A stretch of 64,000 bases of DNA, taken from assembly GCF_001194135.2 (NCBI RefSeq), contig NC_069003.1, positions 27,978,234 to 28,042,233 of the forward strand. The letters run 5' to 3'. Made by a program: the position numbers and the translations under genes. Origin of the DNA: Octopus bimaculoides (Eukaryota). Every line of letters begins with the position of its first letter. Positions within the stretch are counted from its first letter, which is position 1. The notes under the pieces were generated by a model that was not told where the DNA came from, searched no databases, and saw nothing but the letters and a program-made list of their open reading frames with translations. Positions 52,131 to 64,000 of the stretch are shown here, piece after piece.

Positions 52131-52854
52131 GTGTTCTTGAATTTGATTTTCTGTTATCATTCACTTCTGCCATCTCTCTATCTTTAGAAGTAATTCTGAT
52201 TATTGCTAAATCATTTATACCCTTTATAATAGGATTCTATAAAAGTCAGTAAATAAAAATGGTGCCTGTTTAACAGAGGCTACTAGAATAAACTCACCTT
52301 CACTTAATGATTTTCTATAATAAGGCATGTGATCACACGACTGACCAGACTATCAGATGGTATCATACATTGTTGGTCACAATGCACTTTGCATCGTTTT
52401 AGCTTTTGAATGATGCCACCACCCCACTGGCTAAGCAAGAAGGCCAACATTCTCTACTTATCAAAAGGAAGACTGGAGCAATGTGAAATGAACTGTTTTG
52501 CTCAAGAACACAGAACCCCGCCCAATCTGTATGTATGTATGTATTTAAAGTAAATTTTAGAGGTAATACTTGATAATTGCAAGCACCTGTATATGCCAGA
52601 TAGTGGCCGGGGTGAAAGAATAAATCAAAAACGTAAATGCTTGGGAAAGAATATATTTGCGGCTGAAGATAGCTTTATACCATCCTGTCTATCAATTATA
52701 TACCCATATAATGATGCAACGACTGTTTGTGTATAAAACTTGAAACACATGTACCGCGGAATCCTTTGTGTTGTGTTTTAATTTTACGTTTTTAATTTAT
52801 GTATGTATATAAATAGGTTTGGTGATGCAAACCTATGTATGTATGTATGTATAT

Positions 52855-52899
<45 letters not shown>

Positions 52900-53303
52900 T
52901 ATACATGCATACATACATATGTGTGCGTGTGTGTCTATGTATGCATGAGAAAAACTTTTTTTCACATGAACAGAATTATAAAGAAAAGAAGTTGAAAACG
53001 CACATGGTCTTGAAGATTTATCTACACTTTTAGCTTTAGAAGGAAAGTCATATTTTTACTCAAATAGGTAATTACACTTCTTGAAACTCCTGGAAAGAAA
53101 TTATAAATAAAGAAAACTAATTTATATCTAAATTGATAGTACAAATGTTGTTTTCACAAAATAAATATTTTACTAAGAAGGATAATCATATTTTCTATGT
53201 TTATACAACACCATTTCAGTACCACAACAGTGATGTTTGTTTACTTCTCGTGTAAAAAGAAAAAAATGTCCAATAACTCAGCAATCATGTCAGTTTTGGA
53301 GTA

Positions 53304-54548
53304 CACAGACATGACAGAAGTAAATAGACACACTTATAATCATTGAAATTTATTTAAATCTGAAATTGGACATTCAAATTATTTAGTAATTGTTATAATG
53401 TGAATATTTAATATTTAGTAGACATGCCCTTTGCATTTTTCAATGCAAGGACCCTATTAGGCATGTTACTGATCAGATGACGAATATTCTCTTGCAGAAT
53501 TTCTTGCCAAGTTTCATGAAGTAATCTCAAAAGATCTGGCTTTGGAGATGCTTTCTTACTCTTTTTATGGAGTGTACTGTCCATTATGTCCCAGAGGTGT
53601 TCAATTGGGTTGGTATCTGGTGACTGGCTTGGCCATGGAAGCTTTTTTAATGTCCTTCTCATCCAAAAAGTCTCGGGTCATTTTAACCATATGACAAGGA
53701 GCCCCATCTTCCATAAATAAAGAGTCTTCTTTAATCATTTCACCACTGGAGAAGATTGGAAGGAATCCTTTCTGCAATATGGACACATATTTATCTGAGT
53801 TTATGTTTCCCTCACACTCCCCCAGCTTTGATCAACCATTGCTTTAAATTGTTCCCTGACCATCACAGAATAGCTGCCATGTTTCATTTGTTGGCTGCAA
53901 TCTTTTCACATCAAATTCTTGATCACAGAGTCTCCAGACCCACACTCGACCATTATCAGGAAATACAGCAAATCTGGACTCATCAGAGAATATGACAGTG
54001 TCCCAAAACGCTAGTGCCCTCTCCACAATGTCATTGGCCCAATCTTTTCTCTGATTGATGTTGGCTTGTCAAAGAAGTGGATTCCTTCTTGCTGCTCTGC
54101 CATAGTAACCAAGTTTGTGGAGATACCTGACAACTGTTCTGGGACTGACATCAACTTGTTCTGCTATGTCAGAGGCTTTGCAATGAGGGTTATCCTCCAC
54201 ACTTCTTTTAACAAAGAGAAAGGTCCTGTCAGAGGAACCTAGTTGGTTTGGGTGAGGTGATGTGGACTTCTTCCCCTCTTTGGTGAATTGCACAATAACT
54301 CCATTAACTGTAGAAAGCAGAATCTTAAGGTTTTCTGCGATTTTATGATGACTATGTTCACCTTCAGAATGACCCACGATGCAGCATCTTTGAAATTCAG
54401 ACAGTTCCAAGGCTCCTTTTGTACATGTCATGAATAAGTAGTCACATATAGAACCTGAAACATAAAATGTCAATTAATAAAATATATAAATCTTTTTACA
54501 AGTTAGAATAAACATATGGGTTGTCTATTTACTTCTGTCATGTCTGTG
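53304..54548 (-). mobile_element. Full-length Tc1 (DD34E) transposon, inactive
   Basis: Perfect 27-bp TIRs cacagacatgacagaagtaaatagaca (53304-53330 and 54522-54548) with TA on both sides, 1245 bp. Transposase runs 54431 to 53408 with ELSEFQR, IFSDESRF, EDGAPCH and WPSQSPDTNPIEHLW, giving 34 residues between the second D and the E. Confidence 0.97.
53408..54431 (-). pseudogene. Tc1 transposase pseudogene
   Basis: One in-frame TGA at 54069-54071 and at least three frameshifts split the ORF into the four ORF-track pieces. Confidence 0.93.
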
Positions 54549-55528
54549 TATATACCCCAGTGGAATATATATATTTCACTTGAAATATATATATATATAT
54601 TTTCACTTGAAAAACAAGGTTGGCAACAAGAAGATTGCCCAGCCATAGAAAAATGCTTCAATAAGTGTTGTCCATCCTATGGCAACATGGAAATGCAGGT
54701 ATAAAAATGATGATGGCATATATACTTATGTGTAAGTGTATATTATCGATATCTCTGCACATACAACCATTTAAATGAATGTATGTATGCTTACTTACAT
54801 TTTCCAGTAAATTGATATAATGATTTCTCCCCCTCCCCATTTCCTTTGACTCGACAAATCTCTACCTGGCCATCTTGCCGCTGCTTCCTTTGTCATTTAT
54901 TTCATTCTGGTAGGTTTAGCATTCTGTATTCTTTTTCATGGCCATTATAACAGCATGCTTCTACTCTAATCTAATTCTTATTCACATGGAAATATTTGCC
55001 ATGGCTACCTGCATAACAAACAATTTTACTAAATCTTTGTTCGGTGATTTAGATTCTATTCTCTTCTGTTTTAATGTCTGTGATGATGCCTACTCTTGTC
55101 TTTGACTATTTATTCTCACTACTATAGCTTCTATACCAATATTTCCTTTGTATTGAAACATTGTCAGCCTTGAAGCAGAATTTCTTGAATTCGCTCAAAA
55201 CATTAAAAAGATAATTTCATTTTCCTGTATTTTTTCTTTCTTTTCCTCCCGTATTTCACCAACCGTCTAAATGCAGAAGAGGAGACAGTTAAACATTGAA
55301 CTCAGGTTTTTAGAAATTATATTTTATTCTTTTTTTATGTTTATCCATTGCTTTAGGTTGATATCTTTTCTTCACAATGCAACAAAGATTGTGCTGAAAG
55401 TAGAACCTGAACTCTAAAATATAACTGGTTTATCTCATGAAAAAGAGGATTATTTAAGTCAACAAGAGAAATTTTGCACACTTATTCAACTGGCTGGAAA
55501 TATTCACCAAATCTCCAATCTCCTTTTA

Positions 55529-55738
55529 CCGTTTAGCATTTAAACTATCTATATCTGACCCAAATGTTTTATGTTCAAATCAGCTAGAGCTGGCTTCTCA
55601 ACCCTACCCTACAATGTCATTCTAAAGAATAAACAATCACATCATTGAAATCTTAAAGCTATGAGATAATGCAGGATTAATGCAAAACGATATGAATATA
55701 CTAGCATTGCATCTCATAGTAATATGAATGCTAAAGGG
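55529..55738. mobile_element. piggyBac-like MITE (same family as 26959-27178)
   Basis: Ends ccgtttagcatt...aatgctaaaggg followed by TTAA; the left target is TTTA. Confidence 0.8.
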
Positions 55739-56729
55739 TTAAACATTATCCTGCTGTTAAAGAAAATAAGGCTATTTTGGACTATATAACCCTTGACGTT
55801 CAAACAAAGACAATAATGGTTAGAATACCTTTGATGTTGAGTTTTCCTTAATCAGAGAGCTAACCTGGATTGAAATAAAGGATTAGTCAATCTAGCAATA
55901 TCATTCTTAAGTCTATTGTATTTTAGTGGATGGCAGAATGTGTTAGAATGGACTTCCTATTTTAGAAATTCTCAGCAAAAGATATGCAAATATCTTTCTA
56001 ATCCACACTGACATTAAAAATAAGTGATTATATTGATAATCCTGTCTACTTTCTAGTTTCAGGCATTTTTATCTGTCATTTATGCAAATTATCAGAGAGC
56101 AGAATAATATAATGTTTGAATTAATTTAGTGTTCTTTAATGAATTACACACATTCTTTTTTTAATGATTGCGTGTGAAGTAGCATGATTACTATTAATTA
56201 GTAACTAATTTTACTTGAAATTTAAATAACAACTAGTAATGAAATGAGGTCCATTGGTGTCCATTGATCTCTAAAGTAAATCATGTGTTAGGTTATAGGT
56301 GATAATAGTGTTTGAGACAAACACACTGGTTTAAGCCATAGGAATATTGTATGAATCAGCTGTCTCTGACTATTCAGATGGGAGAGAGCCTGAATGAAGC
56401 AGATGTCAATCCATCTAGAATATAGATTGAACTGATTTTGCTCAGCTCTATATTTCTCTACAGATTACTCTGTTCAATACTCCTCTTCTGGCTCATTTAT
56501 GTTTCTGTAATAAGAAGCTAAATATTCTATTCATTTTACAACAATAACACCAACAATATTCTTTATATAAATCATATGTCCGTACTTAATATTATCTTTT
56601 AATCAATTAGCTATTCACTTTATCTTCTTTATTGATAGTTTTTCTTCTTACATTAACTGCCTTACATAAATTCTAAATTAGAAATATAATCTTTGTTAGT
56701 AACTATCCAGTTGTTAGAGTCAATATGTG

Positions 56730-57135
56730 GAGTGAGGGACTAAATGTCTTGCAGTAATTATTTAGATATGTTCCTTTACATTCCGAATTCAAATCCCACT
56801 GATGTGAATTTCCTTTCTGAAAAAGATTTAAGTGGCTTTGATCTCTCCCATTCCAACTCCCCCAATCCCAGAACTGTAGGAGACCTGCCAAGTTTTGAAA
56901 TTCATTTTTTTTTCTTTTTTTTTTTACAAAGTCTGCAGTTTTGCAGAAAAAAGCAAGTTAATTGATTAGATTAACTGCAAGTACTTGACTAGTGCTTTAT
57001 GTTATCAACCTCGAAAGGATGAACAGCAAAGTTGAACTCAGCAGGATTTGAACTTAGAACACAAAGAGACAAAAGAGAGGCTGTTGAGCATTTGTTTGAT
57101 GTGTCAATGATTCTGTCAGTTCGCTGCCTCAGAAA
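56730..57135. mobile_element. Two degraded family B SINEs, tail to tail
   Basis: Plus copy at about 56730-56900 and minus copy at about 56950-57135. Confidence 0.65.
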
Positions 57136-57755
57136 TCCTATTGATACTCGGAAATGAGGGACATTTACATGGACACTTGACCTAAAAAAAGCAGCCAAAT
57201 GTTTCTCAGATTATACCCTATTTTCTTCAAACAGAAAAGAACACATTAAATATAGCTTTAAAAAGACAGAATGGTCATGTCTGGAAGGCTTGTGATCTTA
57301 TGTCTGCTGAATCATGATTTACCTGTTGTTATTTTACTGGCAAAATACCATCATTATAACTCATTTTGTGAAATAATTACTTTATGAATTTTCATATCTA
57401 GTAAAGCTGTCTAAAAACAGGAATAGATGGTTGCTCAGGCACAAAATAAATATGTTAACATAAAAAAATATAGCAACACTATAATCACCATGCTTCCAAT
57501 GAGAATAAACTGCCTAGATCTTAATTTATGTTTAAAATAATCAAAAATCTAGATGAAAGGAGTTTTATGAGATAACTGAAACATTTTTCATTTCTGTGTC
57601 TCCTTAGTTGCTGTTTGGAAGACAGCTTAGAGAAAGGAAAGATATATTTGTCTACTGACATCTCATTAGTATAATGAGGAGATATCTGTGGAGATTGTAA
57701 TACTAATAAATAAAAAAATAAAAAAACACTTTATATACCAAGCTGCTGGAAATAT

Positions 57756-57806
<51 letters not shown>

Positions 57807-58831
57807 TTACCCTATCCTTTATCACTAATTGACAGCCATCATTCTCTGTCTCTTTCTTTTACCATTGCCCGTCTTTATTGCTATCTAACACATGCGATTC
57901 ACACTACTTGTTCCGTTACTTGCTGTTGACATACACAACAATCTTTCTTTCCTCATTTTCTCTCTTTTGCTTTTATTATTCTATTTCCTTTGCTTACTCC
58001 TCTCATTCTCGCTTCCCTCATCATGATACTATTTTTGTATTCAACCACCTTATCAACAACCAATATGTAGTTGTCTATCACTGTCTGTCTTCGAATACTA
58101 CCGCCTCTACTAATGGCTCATTCCTTTACTCTTCTTAATCACTGTCATCTATTCACCTTCTCATTAAGTCATGTCAAAACTTGAGCTTTCAAATGTGATG
58201 GGGCTCATAAGCCATCTAGTTGTTTGAAACCTAAACCCAAATATGAACAAGCTAGGACTGTGGTGACCCATTCTACTGATGAAAATATTGATATAGATAC
58301 ATATATAGTAAATGATTTTATGTTTGTGAAAAGTCAGAACAAAGTGAGTTATGAGTTCTTCATTGTCAGTTTTAACAACAGTGGGGAAACCCAAGAGTAA
58401 TGATGAGCAATGAAGGCCTAACAAAAAGAAAACACATAAATAAAGTCAATAACAAGCGGTAACTGTATCTGTATTAAATGAAGAAAAATATATTTCCATT
58501 ATAAAACAAAAGTTGTTTTTAAACATAGCCACAAATACATCATAACCCTTTGTTTTCAAGGCATCTTTTATCAATTATTATGCCAGCAATTCTTTCAGCA
58601 AAATTTCCAAGTCTCTCTCACATTCAAATTTGTGTAGTATTTTATAATTTTAGTGCTGTAACTATTGTCACAATTCAAGCTTTATTGGTCAATTCAGGAT
58701 GCCTGTTTCAACCAATTGAACCTCAGGCTTATATCACATTAGAATTTGGGCCATGTCACCACCTACTGTACTCTTGGTACATTTACAAAAGATGCAAAAT
58801 CTAATATATTCATTTAGCTTATTCTAACCTT

Positions 58832-58884
58832 TTGACTGTATAATTGACTGTATAATTGACTGTATAATTGACTGTATTAATTGA
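58832..58884. repeat. 12-bp minisatellite (ttgactgtataa), about 4 copies
   Basis: Direct reading. Confidence 0.9.
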
Positions 58885-59830
58885 ATTTCATGGTCAGTCC
58901 TGTAATTCATTAATTATCTACCAAAAAAATAAAATTGATATTTTCTGTTCCTGTAATAGTTTTGCAGCATCTCTTGTGCATATGGTTTTCATATCCACCA
59001 CTAAAAGTATTAGATTCTTGCTCTTTGAAGAACAATATGAAATATGTTAAAAAAATTTAGAAAATCTGAAAAATTGTCTTTCATAAAAAGTGTCACTGGG
59101 GATGTCTTTACTTCTGGTAGCATAAGAGGTTTTCTTTTTTTCCTAATAAGCCATGGGGTAAAACTGTTTTCCACAGTTAATGCTAATGAAATTTTGAATG
59201 AATGTATCTGCTTTCTGCATTCAATGGTTAAAGTCAAAGGCTCTGTGTTAGGTTATGTGACAGTGTGTGTGTATGTGTGAGCAGTGAGGCAATGGCTCAC
59301 AAGCATAGTAGCCCTCTACAGAACGAAATATCTGGTAATTCTAATGTTGATGGAATAGTTTATAATTATTTTTAATGCTAGAATATTTTAGCTAACTTTC
59401 TTTGAACTTTTATGACAAGGGAAATTTGATGAAGAAATTTACATCTGTGATTTAATGTAAAAATAAAAACTAACAGTTGAATGTGTTTTTATTGAATTTA
59501 ATCTGGGTAATATATATTGATTAGGGCATTTAATCTTCATTGCAGATATTGATTGTAGAATTTAATCTGAATAATAGGTGTTGATAACAAAACCAATTTA
59601 GCTGATGGCCATTTGATTTTTGTTTTAGCTTCCTCCAATTTTGTTCAGATAAAGACGTCCACTGATTACATGTGTGTGTGTGTGAGAGAGAGAGCTGTAT
59701 AATTAGGAAACATTTTACAATACTTTGTAATAGAAATGTCTCTAATTTTATCTCTAATTACTTGTATATATTTACTTAGAGCAGTTTCTGATGAATATAA
59801 GTTCAGTGATGAGATAATGAGGAAATCTCT

Positions 59831-60547
59831 ATGTGGTTGCTTGACTTGCTAGAAATAGTATTCAGGCTTCACTGAAATTACACCATATTATTTTAGAACA
59901 AGAGAGTGTATATTCTCTGAAGTAGTCTTAGATATGCAATGCCTTTGAGAAGGATGTAGTGGTTATGGCTGAAACACTTCTGGTCCTAAATCTACTCTAT
60001 CTAAACCAGTGGTCCTCAACCGTTTTTTTGCCTATGGTCCCCTTTGATGCCTATTTTACTCGGATGGACCCTAATAAACATTAAATGTATATAAAAAGAA
60101 TCTTACTGTATTTATATACTGAAATATTATTAGGAATTATATAAAAAAATTCAAATATTTAATGTATTGTAGAAATATAATCAATTTGGTGCATGTAAAT
60201 TTTAATATCAATATCATATATGGACCCACCAAAGACCATATCGATGCACCAAGGGCCATATCAGCCCCAGTTGAGAACAAATGGTTTAAACAAACTCCAG
60301 GTCATTTTAGACAGCAATGACAAGCATGCAGCCTGTGTTGAACCAATAAGAAAGTATGCATGAGGTCATTTGGCCTGCTAGAAAAAGTAGCCAGACTCCC
60401 TCAGATCATACCTTGCTATTTTATAAATGGACATATTTGACACGTAGTACTGGTATACAAGAAAAAAAAGGTTGGTCATGGCTAGAATGCCTTTATCCAT
60501 AGATCTACTTGATCAGTGCTGGCCAAAAAAGCAACAACAAAAACAAA
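59831..60547 (+). mobile_element. Two copies of repeat family E (atggttgctcaacctgctagaaatagc...ggggctaaacaacaac type)
   Basis: Shared blocks also occur at about 10700-10985, 21080, 33940, 36890-37035, 44040-44200, 48060(-) and 57180. Confidence 0.6.
60007..60283. mobile_element. hAT Charlie-type MITE
   Basis: Termini CAGTGGTCCTCAAC and GTTGAGAACAAATG; imperfect 8-bp TSD atctaaac/gtttaaac; inserted in a family E copy. Confidence 0.8.
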
Positions 60548-61981
60548 GCGAGTGAAATAGAGGCAGAAGGTAGAATGTCTGGCCAAATGTTCTTGTCTTT
60601 CCTTTTCATTTTGTGTGTCTAATTTACAGTCTCCACCTTCTCCACCTTTTGCTGCTAGTAATTGGGTTTAATTGATGAATTTGTCAGAGATGAATTAATT
60701 AAAACAATAGAATTAAATGCAGAGTAGTCGAAATTGATCAAATATGCCAGATTTGAGTTAATTGGTTTTCAGTTATATATTCCTTCACTACATTAGACAT
60801 TGGGACAATGTAGCTAAAACGTTATTTTTTAAAACTTTCACCTTTCACCTATTTCAGACTGCAGCCATGCTGGGGCAACATTAAAAGCATCGATTTCACA
60901 CTGTAAAGTGGTTGGCATCTAGAAGGGCATCCAGCTGTAAAAATAATACCAAAACTAACCTCGCCTGTGCTAGTCACCATATAAAAAGCTCAGAGTCCAC
61001 TCTGCAGAGTGGTTGGTTTTAGGAAGGGCATCCAACCATAAAAACCCTGCCAAAACAGACACAGTAACATAGGGTAGTTTTTCTACCTGGCCAGGTCCTG
61101 TGAACCATTCTATTCATGCATGCATGGCAGATGGATGTTAAATGATGATGATGATATATGTACACAATGGTGTTTCAATTTCCATCTACCAAATCCACTC
61201 ACAAGGCTTTGATCAGCCCTGAACTATAATAGAAGACACTTGCTCAATGTGCTGCATGGTGGGACTGAACCCTTGATAACATGGTGGGGAAGCATGCTTC
61301 TTAACCACACAACCACGCCTACAGAATGATAAATTCTATTCACATGCTGGGGATTGATTCTAATGTCTCTACTTCCCCCAAATGTAAGAAATTGTGCCTC
61401 TATGAAGAAACAACTGTAATAGTGTTTTATTACAATATATCTACTAAAATGCTGAAGACATTTATTGCAAAATTATTATCATTATTATCATTATGATCAT
61501 TATTATTATTATTATTAGTGTAGTTGAGAATTTTTATTGTAATCAATATTGTGACACAATTCAAAGCTTTATATTGATTGAAACAGTTAATATAATGAAC
61601 AGAAACATGCATTCTAACATTGAATCATAAAGGAATATCATTTAGCAATATACATACTGGCTAGAATAGAAAAAATAAACACCTAATGACTACTTAAACA
61701 CAGTGTTAACAGAGACCTAATATATAACCTATAATCTATTCTAGATCAAACAGGCTTCTCTTTACAAATTATTGGTACTGATATATATATTTTTTTGTAC
61801 TAATTTTGACTTTCATCATCATTTTCCTTCCTCTGCATTCTTCTTTTCTTTTTCATCATTCTTCATCATCATCATTTTTTTCTTCATTCTTCTTCATCAT
61901 CATTCTTCATCGTTGTCATCATCATTTCTCTTCTTTCCTCATTTCCTCTCCATTCTGTCCCTTCCCCCACCCCTTCTCTTA

Positions 61982-62024
<43 letters not shown>

Positions 62025-62724
62025 GACATATATTTTAAGGCCTTACAAAAATACATAGAAGTAAATTATATTCATGGTTCTTCATCTAAGTATAAGTCTT
62101 TCAACAGCAAATAATTATTGATTCAAACCTCTTATCACATTATTGTCTCACTCTGTTTTGTTTTGATTTGTTTCTTCTCTATTCTCTTTATATGAACAGT
62201 TTAGTGTATTTGACAAACCTTGCCTTCCTTTTAATGTATTCTAAGTGATAATTCCTGTTATTTCTGGCCAGTGTTAAACTCATTGACAACTGGTTCACTA
62301 TAAGTAGCTAAGCTGTTTGACTACATCAGCGAGACAACACTTACCAACACAGGAATAGCTAAATGTAGGTGGAGTTCTCAATCATTCTGTTTAAATTATC
62401 AATGTAAATGAATGAGTCAGATGTTTATAATTGATAGGTCTTATGTAGTCATTGCTAATTTATTTACTTACTTCTAGTCCAATGATCAGTTGATGTGATT
62501 TATTTGATCTTCTAAAAGAATTAAGACTTTTTTTCACTTTGGTGTTCGAGAAGCATAACAAGGTTTTTTAATGGTCATGTTTCAGGATGGAACTCAGAAA
62601 CATGTGGTTGTGAAGCAAACATTTTAACCATGCAGCCAAGCCTATGTTTATGCTTGATGATATATGTTTATGATGTGTGTATGTATGCACATACAAACAC
62701 ACACTTGTTTATATACACACACAC

Positions 62725-63270
62725 ACATTCTTCTTTTACACATTTCAATCATTTGACTGCAGCCATGATGGAGTACCACTTTAAAGGGTTTTTTTTTTAG
62801 TCAAAGAAATCAATTCCAAGACTTATTTTTTGTAAGCCTATTATTTATGTTATTGGTCTCTTTTGCCGAACCGCTAGGTTACAGGGACATAAACACACCA
62901 CCACTTATTGTCAAACGATGGCGAGGGAACAAACACAGACATGGAGACACACACACACACACACACACACAGAAATATATATATACATACATAAATATAT
63001 ATATATTAAATATATATATATATATTCAAATAGAGGTTATGTAGGCCTCATGAAGTGATATATTCCCCAAAGAAATACTGGTTCAGTACTATATATATAT
63101 ATATATATATATATGACAGGCTTCTTTCAATTTCCATCTACCAAATCCACTCACAAGGCTTTGGTCAGCCCAAGGCTATAGTAGAAGACACTTGTCCAAG
63201 GTGCCACGCATGGGGCTGAAACCAGAACCATGTAGCTGGAAAACAAGCTTCTTATCACACACCCATGCCT
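62725..63270 (-). mobile_element. Composite SINE family A with expanded internal microsatellite region
   Basis: Second module 62725-62960, microsatellite-rich middle, head module 63115-63270. Confidence 0.8.
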
Positions 63271-63274
63271 GTGC

Positions 63275-63355
<81 letters not shown>

Positions 63356-63953
63356 TATATACATACACACACACACGTGCATATGTGCATGCCCATATGT
63401 CTATGATCAAAGGGAAGTTTGTAATTCCAGTGATTTAATGATGAAAAAGATTGTTAGTGATTGTACTGATTGCTAACATAATGTTGATACATGTCTAACA
63501 TAGTTAAATATTTATCAGTATAAAGCTGCATAGCACATCGGACAAGTAGTATAATATCTGTCTTTGTAATAGAATGTGATAAGCGCTATAAAACATTGAT
63601 AGTGTTCAGTTCCTAATTTATCACTTAATATCAGAAATCTCGGACTAATACTTAACGTGTTAGAGAGGAGAAGAAAGAAACAGGATAGTGGAAGTTTGGG
63701 AAATTGGTTTCGGAATCTGGAAAATATTACATAAACATTTTTTTTTTCTCTTTTGTCTGGTAAACAGGTAAAACAATGGATAAATTTATAACCACACAGG
63801 TGTGGCTATGTGGTAAGAAGCTTGCTTCCCAACCTCATGGTTCCAGGTTCGGTTCCACTGTGTGGCACCTTGGGCAAGTGGGTTCTACTATAGCCTCAGG
63901 CTGACCAAAATCTTGTGAGTGGATTTGGTAGATGAAAACTGAAAGAAGTATCT

Positions 63954-64000
<47 letters not shown>

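Noticed and set aside
59010-59280. Overlapping 75-78 aa ORFs on both strands
   Set aside because: No motif, no convincing splice sites, and expected by chance at this composition.

Overview
AT-rich, repeat-dense animal genomic DNA. The tRNA-derived SINE families and microsatellite load point to an octopod cephalopod, in a short-read scaffold with five N-gaps; this is inferred from recognised repeat sequences, not from a search. I found no intact protein-coding gene, rRNA, functional tRNA, CRISPR array or prokaryotic feature, so the window is intergenic or deep intronic. Nearly all ORF-track entries are microsatellite, gap or SINE read-through. What can be supported: two near full-length Tc1 fossils, two hAT relics, four short non-autonomous TIR elements of three types plus one more TTAA element, several RTE-clade LINE 3' fragments, one R4/Dong-like RLE retrotransposon fragment, and dozens of SINE copies from about five families. 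Points worth a second look: a SINE family that appears to target (TAA)n microsatellites next to a Dong-like LINE relic, an excess of short perfect palindromes including a small inverted triplication and a pre-miRNA-sized hairpin, closely spaced inverted SINE pairs, a core-plus-microsatellite-spacer tandem array, and a few weak orphan exon candidates. I see no convincing evidence of a new biological system.
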